57,760 nucleotides of DNA, filler included, from Sphacelaria rigidula (GCA_964200075.2; 8 parts of 8 records of this genome joined end to end with filler, not necessarily neighbours in it), one strand, 5' to 3'; counted from the first letter of the whole stretch, positions 36,660 through 48,300 are shown. A program made the numbers and translations. The notes: generated from the sequence alone by a model not told the origin.

Positions 36660-37030
36660 TGTGGGTGTACGTTATGTTGTCACTCCATCTATTGTAGATG
36701 CCACTCTACACCTTTCGGTGTGTGATATGATAATTTATGGGCGTATGATGAGCCGGGGTCACACAGGAGGGGGCCAACACAGTAGTTTACTATTTTTCTC
36801 TTGTTTTTGGCATTCCGCCTTCCTTCTGCGGTGGTTGCTTTGCTTTTTATCGCGAGAAGAGTTCAGCGGCCCCTTTCCCTCGTCGACCCTGAGGTCGAAT
36901 TTTGTGTACCCACGACATCGTCGCTCTCCACTGTTGGGAATAATGTAAGACAAAAAATCCAGATCGTGTACCTTCCCCGAGATTCGAATCCATCCATGTT
37001 CCATTCTTCAGGAAGGTTCGAGGTTGGTGT
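36660..37030 (-). mobile_element. tRNA-derived SINE (degenerate)
   Basis: Minus strand shows B-box-like GGATTCGAATCTCGG, then CCCAACAGTGGAGAGCGA...GTGGGTACACAAAATTCGAC...GTCGACGAGGGAA...CTTCTCGCGATAAAAA, a body I recall as common in brown-algal genomes (not verified). Confidence 0.6.
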
Positions 37031-37067
37031 TTCGACCTGGTTTTTGAAACCAGCTATATCTGCACTT

Positions 37068-37838
37068 GACAAAGGATCCTGGAAAATGATGTTCAACACT
37101 CAAATGAGCTTGAAGTCGCCTGCCGAAAGTCACATTTCACGTGAAACACTTTTGCAAAAACAAACAATGAAGGATTTTATTAGTCTGTTTGAAACTTCCC
37201 CTGGCTAGACTTGTCGCACATTGTTGCTCCGGTGTCTGAAGACATCTCTCTCTCTCTATATATATATATGTGTGTGTATGTATCCTTGCGTACATTCGAA
37301 ACGGCTCTCACCAGGTGAGAGGAGGATGCTTTCGTCGGCTTCTTTCGGTTTTCATCCAAAATTGTGCCAGAACTTTTTCGAACTCTCTCGAAATGATAAG
37401 AGAAGCAATACTCTCTCGTCAGAAGTAAAGTGCCGCCGTTGGTGTTCCGGGAAAGAACTCCCGTTGCTGGATGAAAATGTTTCAAGAATGTAAGAATAGA
37501 ACGAAATTTCATGTGGGAAACTCCCTGCCCCTTGCGAATGTCCTAGGACTCGAAAAAACTCCGGCAATATTTTCTCCCGGGATGAGGGAATCCGATAAAA
37601 AGCGGCTTCCCTCACGTGGTGAGAGCCGTTTCCGAATGTACGAAAGGAGGTATATATGGCTTTATTATAGACTCCGGAGCAGCAGTGCGCGACAAGGCAA
37701 GCTAGGGGAAGTTTCAACGGACAAATAAAACGCTCAGTTGGTTGTTTTGCAAAACTGTTGAACGTAAAATGTGACTCTTCGGAAGGTGACTCCAACCCCC
37801 ATTCGAGGGTCCAACCTCATTTTTCAAGACCCTTTGTT
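37068..37838. mobile_element. Large fold-back element (771 bp) with ~270-bp imperfect TIRs, AACA-terminus family
   Basis: GACAAAGGATCCTGGAAAATGATGTT...GAAACGGCTCTCACCA versus TGGTGAGAGCCGTTTC...AACCTCATTTTTCAAGACCCTTTGTT. Confidence 0.85.
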
Positions 37839-38810
37839 ATTCTTAAAATAAATTTTGAAGGTCTGGTTTCTGAAACCGGCTATCTGCGTTCTGTACAATA
37901 CATTCCAAGACCTGGCTTATGAAATCACCCATCATCTCGATGCGCTCGCTGCATGGCCATTTCTTTGTGGCAGTTTTATGGCCCTTTTGACGTGGGGGGA
38001 GGGGGGTTATCGCAGTATCATCCTATTGTTGATTCGGAGAGCCATTGATGCATGAATGCTTTAATTGTTGCTGAACAGCAAGGACTACGTATATGTCCCA
38101 TCGCCGCATATTTCCGGTCAAAAAGTGGAAGATAGGAAGTGCACACAAGCGTAAAATAGCGTTCTGTACCGCTGAAAGTGCAACACTCTCTGGTTGATAG
38201 AATAATCACCCAGAATGCGCCATCGAAATGGTTTCGATGAAACCATCCTGTATCGTCCGCGTCACCTAGTGTTTCAGGTCGCCGCTCAAGAGTAGAATGC
38301 GCAAGTGGTTTTCCAACATGTGGCTGCAGGCCATCGTTGGCTCCATCTGCATGACACGGTCACCATAATTGTGGGTGTGTATGAACCACACTCGCTAGCA
38401 CATCCTCTACTTGACTCGCGATGGATGCCAGCGCACCCCCGGAGCAGCCACAACCGCGGTGTATTCGCCAGCTGGAAATAGACAATACGATGCACTTGCG
38501 TAATTGGTGAACTCGAACAATATTTAGCAGTCGTCGCCATCGGTATCATTACTATTTTTTCGGCTAACCACAGGGCATTTTATACCCAAAAATGTCGAAT
38601 CGAAATTCAGAACGCGAAAATCGTTTTTGCCCACATACTGGAATCTCAACACATGCCCAGCGACACAGGTAAGCACCGTAACAACACTAGGATGAGTCGC
38701 ATACCTACACCAAAACCAGCAGCACAACAGTGCCCAAAACACAGAGCACAACAAATAATGACATAAAATCTCGGCCTCATCTCAAACCACGATACAAAAA
38801 AATGTGAACT

Positions 38811-41258
38811 TCACGTAGACGATTGATCCTTTCTATAGGCAAATATCGGTCTCTTCTCGTGAAGGTACAACAAGAGCCGGTTGTAACTCCGAGTCAAAAC
38901 CGCGTCGTTCAACGGAAGCGCTGGGAGATTCTCGTTTACAACAACCACCCCACCGTCGCTGCTATCCCCAGCACCCCACACTTTCGCACGCCCTGCTGCT
39001 ACCGTCCGCCCTTCGCTTCTAATCCCTTCTTTCTCACCCATCGGCGGCATGGTCATTGCTGCCTCCCCCACGCCCCCTTCGCTGCGGGCAAGTCCACCAG
39101 GAGGTGCACCCCCACTGCTATCACTACCTTCCAGGTCACCGGGCACACCACCAGCGCTGAGTGCTCCGCCGTTTCTCGCTGCCGACGAGCACTGGGCCAT
39201 GGCACGGAGTACATCTTCCCAGTTGCTCTGCGGCGGCGACGGCAGCAGCGACTGGGAGGTTGTACGCGTATCCTCGCCCGTACCCAACTTCTTGCCACCT
39301 GCGGCGCTGGCGGCGCTAGCGGCGGCAGTCGGCGCCGAACTCGGTACGGCATTACCAGCGCCAGTTTCCACCCCAGGACGACGTCCTGGTCCTGGCGTCG
39401 TCGACCGCCGCAGTCGATCACCGAGGACGACCTGCAGCGCGGCGTCGATGATTCCCTCACACTCCCGGCCAAGGCAAGCTAGCAACACGGGGTCCAGTGT
39501 CTCCCTCACCGCCGGCAATGTCGAATGAGCGTCGCCTCCGGCGCGAGAGCTTTCGCGGCATTTTTGGTCTCGCTTCTCGTTTTCCTCTTCTTCGCCCTCC
39601 AGCGTTAAATAGGGGTCCTGGAAATCGAATTCATCGTCTCCGTTGCCCGACTCGCGACCGGGATTGCCACTTGAACACTTCCTGTAACTTGCACCATCGA
39701 CATTTTTCTCTTGCGGGTTCTCCCGGTTGACCGCACGGTTTGATGAGACGAACCGGGGATCACCGGCATCCTTTCCGCGCCGTGTGGCCCTCGCCCACAC
39801 CCGCCGGACTGCTTCCTTCGCCGGCTCCGAGACTGTCCAACCTCGCAAAGCGCAGGCCTGCTCGCCGCCGTCACTCGCATCGTGACACTGACGGTGTCCA
39901 TTATAATCATCGCATTCACCCTCACCTCTCAGTGCAATGCGATCCATCTCTGGTTCACTGGTTGCACGACGTGCTCTCTTGGGCGGTCGCTGTGGCCCAA
40001 TATCTCCGGCCAGCTCGATGGTGTCCGCCGCCCCCGGACCTCTAGAAGAATCGGAGGTAACAGCTGGGTCCTCGTTTCCCCACGGATGCGCTTTTCGTCG
40101 TTTATCGCTCGTGCTTATCGGCGCGTCTACCTCTACCCACCCGCCGTACCAGCCAGGCTCCAGTCGCTTAAGCTTACCACTATCTTGTCCGGAGGTTCCG
40201 ACCGAAGAGCGACCAGATGAAGCCTTGTCACTACCCACGCTAGGCTTCGCGCTGTCAGTCGCGTCACAGTCAACATCTTGCGTGATCCTCGAGATGCTTT
40301 TAGGCGTTGTTCCATCAGGTACCGCTGTCACTGGTGCTGCATCTGAAAGAGGTGGCGGTGAGGCTTCGATCCAGCCCCCACCGTGCTCCGCCGAAGGCAG
40401 CAGTCGCTTAACCTTCCCCGTGTGACTTTGTTCCGCGCCTTGGGCGGGGAAAGAAGAGCAAGCGATTGCTGGCGCCGATCTTCCCCATGACGACCCCGCG
40501 GCTGTCGATGAACCCGTACCCTCCCCGGGCGCCGTGGGTACCGCCAGCGACCGTCGCAGTAGATGGTCGTGAATCTCATCCTCACTTCCGACCGTGCACG
40601 CGCCGGCCAGCTGGGGGTCGTCGCGCGAGAGGTCACGATAGAAATCCTGGCCGGTGTGGTTCTTGAGGCGGACAGGCCACGCTCCCCAGGGCAGTACTTC
40701 GCTGCTTCTCCCAACCCTTAGCACCCTTCCCTCAAGATCCAACCCGTACCCCTGCTGCGCGGCTTCTTGAAGCCTTCCCCCAGGTTCGACTTCTCGAGAG
40801 AAAACGTCGCTCAGCGCCCCCTCGCGGCGATAAGAACCCTCGAATAGGCGCTCTTTGTGCGGTGGGCGATTGGTTGAGGTTTCGCCGCCGCCGGCCTTCC
40901 TGATATTTGTACAAGCTGCGGGGTGAAAAGCTCGCAAGCCCCTTTCCGCCAGTTTCTCCCTGCCGTGTTCCAACAACTGCAGGTTGTTTTGAGCTTCACG
41001 GCGGAGTTTTATGGCCGCCGAAGCTTCGTGGTGAAGCCATCGTGTGGGCTTGCCAATATCCACGGCGTCTACGCGTTGTTGTTGCGCGCCTCGCAGGCCT
41101 CGATTGGCGAGGTGCACTCTGTTACTCTTTGGGGATTTGTTGTTGTCCAGGTTTGGTGTGGTTGAAGACAGAGAAGGAGAGGCGGATGGGAAACTAACCT
41201 TACCCTTTCCCTTCATTTTCCTATTTCTGGACCATGGGGGAGGTGGTGGAGAGGTCAT
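38811..41258 (-). CDS. Large coding exon (~815 aa) of a mostly low-complexity, probably nuclear protein with Rrn9-like motifs
   Basis: 2.45-kb stop-free GC-rich frame; first ATG at 41258 after an in-frame TAG; basic clusters (RNRKMKGKGK, KRRK, RPPKRARR); folded-looking islands PWGAWPV, LDPVLL...GIIDAALQVVL, NWEDVLRAM, DAVLTRSYNRLLLYL. May splice at a weak AC|GTGAAG donor to a short last exon near 38525-38564. Confidence 0.8.
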   Translation of the reverse strand: MTSPPPPPWSRNRKMKGKGKVSFPSASPSLSSTTPNLDNNKSPKSNRVHLANRGLRGAQQQRVDAVDIGKPTRWLHHEASAAIKLRREAQNNLQLLEHGREKLAERGLRAFHPAACTNIRKAGGGETSTNRPPHKERLFEGSYRREGALSDVFSREVEPGGRLQEAAQQGYGLDLEGRVLRVGRSSEVLPWGAWPVRLKNHTGQDFYRDLSRDDPQLAGACTVGSEDEIHDHLLRRSLAVPTAPGEGTGSSTAAGSSWGRSAPAIACSSFPAQGAEQSHTGKVKRLLPSAEHGGGWIEASPPPLSDAAPVTAVPDGTTPKSISRITQDVDCDATDSAKPSVGSDKASSGRSSVGTSGQDSGKLKRLEPGWYGGWVEVDAPISTSDKRRKAHPWGNEDPAVTSDSSRGPGAADTIELAGDIGPQRPPKRARRATSEPEMDRIALRGEGECDDYNGHRQCHDASDGGEQACALRGWTVSEPAKEAVRRVWARATRRGKDAGDPRFVSSNRAVNRENPQEKNVDGASYRKCSSGNPGRESGNGDDEFDFQDPYLTLEGEEEENEKRDQKCRESSRAGGDAHSTLPAVRETLDPVLLACLGRECEGIIDAALQVVLGDRLRRSTTPGPGRRPGVETGAGNAVPSSAPTAAASAASAAGGKKLGTGEDTRTTSQSLLPSPPQSNWEDVLRAMAQCSSAARNGGALSAGGVPGDLEGSDSSGGAPPGGLARSEGGVGEAAMTMPPMGEKEGIRSEGRTVAAGRAKVWGAGDSSDGGVVVVNENLPALPLNDAVLTRSYNRLLLYLHEKRPIFAYRKDQSST

Positions 41259-41641
41259 CCTCGCCACGGCCGCATACTACACGGCAGGAGCTGAGAGGTG
41301 TAGCGGTTTGTCGAGTGGTAATATTATACGGAGTTTTTCATCGTCACGTATGTTCCACACTCAGACCCATATGTTCTGCACATCAAAACCCGTAACCCGA
41401 AGCTGAATAATTCTAAGGCGGCAAACTACCCATGATTGTCCCATTTTGGAATAGGGCCAGAAATATTTGTTATTAGAGTACTGTAATGACAATAGATCTC
41501 ATCCGGCTGTGCCTAAATAATGAAATTCAGAAACTGAAACTGATTGAGAGTACGACCATTATCCATGCGGTACACGAAGGTTGAAAAGCGTACGTGTTTG
41601 CTCTGTTGTGGGCAGTTTGGAGGCACCATAGAGGACCTTGG

Positions 41642-43040
41642 ATGTGGCGTATTCTTGGTCACCAGCACCGCGCCCTCCGGGCGCGTTGGTTCTTAACGTC
41701 GTCTTCATCGTCACCATCGTCACCACCGTCGTCATTTCCATCGTTAGACTTCACGCAGCGTTCTTACGGAGGAGGTGCAGGTGCGTCGACCATGCTGGCG
41801 GCAAGCAGCAGGAAGGCGCAGCCCCAAGTTTGCCGAACAGTGGACGACTTTCGGCATGCCAGAAGGTACTAAAAAGTAATAAGCCGCAGCTGTCCTATGC
41901 TGACTACCGTGGTGGCTGCCGGTGCTACGCGTTATCGTGCCATATCGCGAACTGTACTGAGTTTCATGGTGGTCGCGAGCACAAGCTTGAAATTTTTAAG
42001 CTTCGAGCGTTCATGTTCCTTACCTTTCGTGTTTTCCCGTGAAACCGACACTCAAACGTCATTGAAGTTGAGGGTAATAGGGTTTCAAAACAACATGCTC
42101 CCCTTCGGGTTGTACCACAGAGTACGAGGTACAGTGGTAGTGCAGTTTTGTTGAACTGTTGTGTTGTACATGGTATGGGCTCGGCATCAGGTGTGATTTA
42201 CGTCAATGATGAAGGCTACACACATTTTATGGCTGCTGCTGCCATCTATGGGTTAAGTGATGGACACGATCACCGCCACAACGGCTACATATGTGAGATC
42301 ATGGACACTGACCGCACCCAGTCAAGGTCGGCCCATGCCCTACCAGCACGGTACAACAGTATACAATTCGTATCTCTCACCTACACCTCATTTGTGGTGA
42401 GTGGGTGAATTCGCCAATACGCCATCACACCACCTTCCGCCTGTTGCAGTATTTCGTACAAGTTGTTCTGTATTCGTTCCGCCAACGTACTGTTCTGTAC
42501 GTGGAAAGAACTTCGCACACGCCTGCATAGCTCTGTTCCTGTTCGAGCGAAGAGGGGTGTTTTCAGCTGCAAATCTGGCGTTGCCATGTAGCTGTGCATG
42601 CTTTTGCGCAGTCGCTCTGCCGTGACTGACCACATATTGCAAATTACTCGAAAAGTACTCGTAAGTACACACACACACACTTCACCCCCTTCCGGATGGA
42701 TGAATCGCACACACAGGCCTTTCATGCACAGCATATTTTCCATGGTAACTGGAAATGAGCATCCCAAACATCTGCCGTTATCAACTACGAAGTATGAATC
42801 GTCTATGGCACTGTACGAGTACTGCATGCACTCTGTACCGCAATGTCAGGTTTATACCCTGAAACCGTCAATGTCGCTGTTTTTTCAAGGGCTTTGCCTC
42901 GAGAGAGCAAGGTGGGTTTCGTACCGACCATGGGCGCACTTCACGACGGCCACGCGGACCTCTTCCGAAGAGCTCGCTCTGAGTGCGACGTGGTCGTCGG
43001 GTCGATCTTCGTGAATCCCGCGCAGTTTGCTCCGCATGAG
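41642..43040 (+). CDS. panC: Pantoate-beta-alanine ligase (pantothenate synthetase), exons 1-2, 3' partial, with an organellar-type transit peptide
   Basis: Exon 1 41642-41865 ([24 protein letters not shown]...[21 protein letters not shown]) joins in phase to exon 2 42890-43040 ([55 protein letters not shown]). Canonical PTMGALHxGH and SIFVNPxQF motifs. Confidence 0.95.
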
Positions 43041-43142
43041 GTCAGAAGTTCGTACGGTACAGTACCATCGTAGGTTCACAGCACATGCTGCACCGAAAGA
43101 GCTCATGGGGTAGTCGTTTTGCTTCTGGGGGGGGGGAAGGAT

Positions 43143-43207
43143 GTACTCGTTTGTTGCTTGCCTTAGTCGTTTGACCATTGACCACGCATCCCTTTCGAGA
43201 CGGAGCA
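43143..43207 (-). mobile_element. 5'-truncated copy of the LINE 3' end in panC intron 2
   Basis: Reverse complement TGCTCCGTCTCGAAAGGGATGCGTGGTCAATGGTCAAACGACTAAGGCAAGCAACAAACGAGTAC, with G-runs on both sides of the plus strand. Confidence 0.8.
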
Positions 43208-43296
43208 TCTGGGGGGGGGGGGGGGGGGGGAGGGGGGTGGGGGGGGTGTCTGTGTGGGCGGGGGAGGTGGCCGATGTGGGCGAGGTTGTTTTTGGG

Positions 43297-43396
43297 NNNN
43301 NNNNNNNNNNNNNNNNNNNNNNNNNNNNNNNNNNNNNNNNTTAATTAATTAANNNNNNNNNNNNNNNNNNNNNNNNNNNNNNNNNNNNNNNNNNNN
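43297..43396. other. Artificial scaffold linker
   Basis: 44 N + TTAATTAATTAA + 44 N. Confidence 0.99.
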
Positions 43397-43920
43397 CCTT
43401 CCCCCGTTTTTGGGGTTTGAAACCAATAGAAATTTTTCTCCAGGCAGATATGACACTAGGTAACCCCCCCCCCCCCCCCCCATCTAAAATCAAGATCAAG
43501 CGTTATAAGGTGAGAAAATAAAGTCGGGAAGGATACAAGGTATACAACCGAGCTCATGATCAACGGGAAAACACGAGTGAAAACAGACCCGAAGAGAGTA
43601 GAAAAAAAGAAGGGCTGAACAGCTGTTCCAATGAAAAGAAAGAAACCGTACTGAACTACTGCTCATTACTGTATAAAAGAATAAAATACAAATTCAAAAC
43701 GCTGCTCGCTCCTGTAATGCACCACAAAACGGTGTCCTGCTCTTTCCTTCGTACAATATTAATGCTTTTAATGCCATCGGCCCGCTTGTCTGGGCCACTT
43801 GCTGGAGCTCTACACTTGAAGACTCCACGCAGTCTTCGTCGTCTCATCACTCTCCCGAAGCGACCGTCGTCGAACACTTGTTCTTTTTGCCGAGCTCCGT
43901 CAAAATCCTCTCGGAATGCG

Positions 43921-44227
43921 AAAGCTACACGGGTGGCCACTGGGGTCTGTAACCTGGCCATTTTGGGACCTTATCCACATTTGGTAAGGTCCGCGGATTA
44001 GGTGGACAACTGAAGAGCATTCGCACAGTATGGACAGGTTCGAAACAAAGCATGTTCCAGTCTACAGGGGAGTCACCCGCCTATAGGCTGGGACATGTTT
44101 TGTTTCGATCCTGTCCATGCTGTGCGAATGCTCCTCAGTTGTCTACTCAATCCGTGGACCTTACCAAAGGTGGATAAGGTCCCAAAATGGCCAGCTTACA
44201 GACCCCAGTGGCCACCCGTGTTGCTTT
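43921..44227 (+). repeat. Long near-perfect inverted repeat (148-bp arms, 11-nt loop); candidate miRNA/hairpin-RNA precursor
   Basis: Arms 43921-44068 and 44080-44227 align without gaps; 14 differences, 7 of them G.U-compatible on the plus strand. Confidence 0.9.
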
Positions 44228-44761
44228 TGGTAAGGTGATCCGTCATTGACAAGATGTTTGTTTTATGAGTGCAGTAGGTCCCCGCGTTTACGTCATGCAT
44301 TATCGACCCCTTTACTTCATTGGACGCCCGTGGACCTAATATCAGGATTTTTAGGATAACATTTTACCAGATTTCCACCGCCCAATGGGAATTAGTAACA
44401 GTTTCCGGGCATCTCGCCGCAGGAACCAACCTTCACATGGATTCAAAATTCAGGGTTGGCCCTATTCTGTATGTACTTGTTACATTTGTTTCTTCGATGT
44501 TTCTCGTGAGGTGGTCGAAATCCAAGCCACTAGGTGCATGACTAGGTTCCGGTCTTTCTTCCACGTCTTTTCTTCGTTGCGACATGGGGAAACACATCCA
44601 GGCTGCTTTCTGTTTCGGTATGGGGGAAGGAAACGATTGGTTAGCTCCGGTATTTCATGCGAATATCCGGTTTTTATTATGGTTACTAGAAAAAAAAATG
44701 TTAGCTCCGTTATTCCATATCCATATCTCGCCTGTCTTCCGGGTAGTGCAAGGAGGATGGC

Positions 44762-45014
44762 GAAACGTTCTACGATTGCCCCTCCCCAAAGCCAGCCCAA
44801 AGGTTTTACGAAACAAATAGTCATACAGCGCCTGATGTTTGGGTTCAGGCTGCGTGAAGCGCCTCATATGGGCGACATTGGCGAGAACGAACCCAAGCGT
44901 GGGAATTTCCGGCGGCTCGTTGGTCCCGGTTTTTTCCATTTCGATTTACGTGAACATTTTGCCTCCCCGAACCAGCCACTTTTTCGGGGGAGGGGGGCTA
45001 TTGTAGAAGGTGTC
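44762..45014. mobile_element. MITE subfamily B, inverted copy
   Basis: Body is the reverse complement of 11449-11710 and 31264-31525; flanks TGGC/TGGT. Confidence 0.8.
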
Positions 45015-45312
45015 TGGTGCGCTCGGTCATTTCATATTTATATCTGGTATGCGTTCTGGTTCATGGAAAGAAAAACGATTGGTTTCGTTATTTCATGCCT
45101 ACATATGGTCTGCGTTTAGATCCCGTGAAAACAACGATTGGTATGGAGAGTTATTTCATACCCAGTGTCTCTGGTGTTTTGGGGAATCGAAAGCACTCGG
45201 GTGCATACTGTACATGCCACGTCTAGGGTCTGGTGGCCTGTTGTTTCAGCGTTACTGCCACTCGACGTCAACCCAGGAGTCGAGAGAGAGGGGAGGAGGG
45301 GTAGAGGGGGGC

Positions 45313-48300
45313 GTACTCATTTGCTGCTTCCATTGAACACGCATCTCTTTCGAGACGGAGCACCCTTCGTACTCCTATTAGGGACACCTCTAATATTCCG
45401 GCGCTCATTACGTTTTTTCCATACACCACACAAAACCTCCACATACCTCATCCCCGTCCTGTTTCGCCGTCTCTGACCACCAACAATAATCAAGTATTAC
45501 CATCGTTTCCTCCCTACTGTCTAGTGCAGTACACGATTTCATGCCACTTTCGGTCACGTCCCGCATTTTCCCCAATAGCACGTCCCGTTCCTCCTTGTTG
45601 TATAGTTCACGTTTTACCACTGTATGAGCTCTGCTCTCTGTTGCTTTGCCACAGGGGCAATGCTGTGCATCTAGTTCCTCCTCCACAAGACTACTGGTAT
45701 ATCTTTTTTTTGAAAGGTCCGGGTCTCTCACCCAAAATCGCAGTTTCAATATTTTCGTCGCGTCTATAGAGCTATGCAGACATGTTTCATTCCCATCCCC
45801 TCTCTGAACCCCCCGTGTATCTTCCGGTCTTTTTTCTCGTCTACTTTGCGTCTGAGCACTTTTTCCCCCTTTATTTCTGTGATGTCCCTTACTTTTGTCT
45901 TGTACCCCGTGTCTTCACCTATGAACATTATTTCGTCTTGGTTTTGTTTTATCTCCTACTTCCATGCTTCCTCGACTTCTATATCCCATCTTATTCCAGC
46001 CTTCCCTTTCGTACTTTTCTTCCATACAGCCCAATCAACTATAGCTGGCAATCTCTTTCTTTGCATGCTCTTTACGCTATATTGCCATCTCAGCATTCTC
46101 ATGCCTCTGTTTGTTTTAAGTGGGTACATTTCCAACTCTGTTATCAAAACTGTATTACTCGTCGTTTTCGAGTACCCAAGCATCTTGTTAGCTGCTGCCG
46201 TCTGTACTGTTCCCAAGTCCTTCACCAACTTCACATTCCTCTCCCATATTTTTGCTGCGGCTTTGGTACGATCACGTTCATCAGGATACATATCTCGATC
46301 CTAGCGTCTAGATGCGAATTTCTGAGGATCACGTCCATCCTGCTTATCTGTGCCTTACCCTTTATATTACTTTATTTATGTTTGCAATCCAAGAGCAGCG
46401 TTTTAGATCTTTACATCAAGGTATGTATACCGGCCTAGATCGGCAGCTCCTCTTCTCCCCACGTCCATTTGAACTCTACCATATTTTGTTTTCGTTACAG
46501 ACGAGTACCGCGCATTTGTTAATGTTCGCTGTCACTCTCCATTTCCTAGTAGTGTATTCTACCGCCTTGTGTATCTGTTTCTCTAATCCTTCTGAGTGAT
46601 GCTACATTATAGAGGTGCACAAAGAGTTTCTGAGCGTAGAATTGTAAGGAGCTTTTTATCTCATCCAAAACACGGCTGATCGAATATGTAAGAGTACGCC
46701 AGGGTTACTATTCTTATGTGTTGGTCACATCCCGAATGAATTTGCAAGCGGGGATGCCCTGACCCATATGCTTGTGCATCTATAACCCTTCAGAGCCCCT
46801 GAACCAGACAAGCATTGGCGGAAAACGTTGAACCCCACCGTAGCATTGCTCTTCTGGTGTTCCTGAGATCCCCATAAATTCGTCCGCAAACATCAATCCT
46901 GATACCACACTTTCACCCGCTTTGACTCCTTGCTTTGCTGCTTCTGTTACCATGATCAGGTCATGCATGAGTACCTTGAGCAAAGTGGATGATAACGTAC
47001 ATCTTTGTGCAACTCCTTGTACGATATCGAAATATTTCGATATTCCCCCGTCTAGCAATATAGCCCTTTTGACACATTCTGTTATCCTCTTCATCATTCT
47101 CCACACCTTTCCTCTGATCCCAGTTTCCTACAACTTTTCCCACAGCCCATTTCTCCATACTGTGGCATGAGCCTTTTGCACGACCAGAAAGAAGAAACAC
47201 GTTGTTACTCTGGCGTGTTTCCTACCCTGAATAATCTTACCTAATGTATACACATGGCCTACGCAACTACAGTTTGGTCTGAAATCTGCTTGTCCCTCGC
47301 TGATTTTTTCTTCCTTTTCTTCCATCGTTCCTACGCTATCGTTCAGAACCTCACAGAATGTTGCCCTACCATACTCAGTAGCATTATCCCTCTATAATTC
47401 CCTGGGTCAGCCTTGTCTGTTTTTTTGAAAAGGTTGACTACTACTCCTTCTTTCCACCTATTCGGTGTGTATTCGTTTTCCTATATTCAGTTGTACCTCA
47501 TAACCGTCATGGTAATCATTCCCTCTCCCCCGCAGTTCAGAAATGCATTGACTATTTCGTCTGCCCCTGCTTCTGTTCTTGACTTTAGCTACGCACTCCT
47601 TTACTTCATCCCTGGTGAATTCTCTCTGTAATTCTTTCGAACCAGTACCCTCCCGTTTTGACGCCTCCGAATTTACTTCTACCCACGCGTTGATTTCTTT
47701 GTCGAATTCTGTGTCGAACGTGATGTGAGTTTTTGATGTTTCTAGTGTGCGGTAGTGCTCGACTAGCACTTCTATCTGCTCCTTCGAGCTGCTGACCATT
47801 TTACCATTCTGTGGCCGTAGTATGGATGTCCCCTTGTCTATCTTTCCTGCCTGGTTTCACATGATCACCTTTATCCCTACCCACATTTATTCAATCCCGC
47901 CATTTAAATCTCCATTTGTTTTTTCACTACATCTTCCCATACTCCTCTTTTGTCTGCTGTGCCATTTTTTTCACTTCCTTTCGAGCTTCAGTATCACCTT
48001 CCATCCTACCCTACTTTTCCTCGGTATCCATCTCGCGTGGGCCTCTCCTTACTCTGATAGCCTGTTTTACTCCCTCATCCCACTATTTACTACTCTGTTG
48101 CATACGATCGGTGTCTTCCCTATGACGTAACTTCCTGTGTTCTTGACCAACTGCTCCCATCCTTTCATAATCTTCGCTCCTGTCCAATTTCTTCCCATTT
48201 CGGCATCAATTGTACCTACGCGTTCCAACTGCTCGGGGATTTCCTCGCATTTCGGCCATCTTTTCTTGGAACTCTTGCTGTTTTTCTTCCATTTTCGGTT

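Noticed and set aside
38823-41406. Several plus-strand ORFs overlapping the 818-aa ORF
   Set aside because: Antisense shadows of a GC-rich coding exon.
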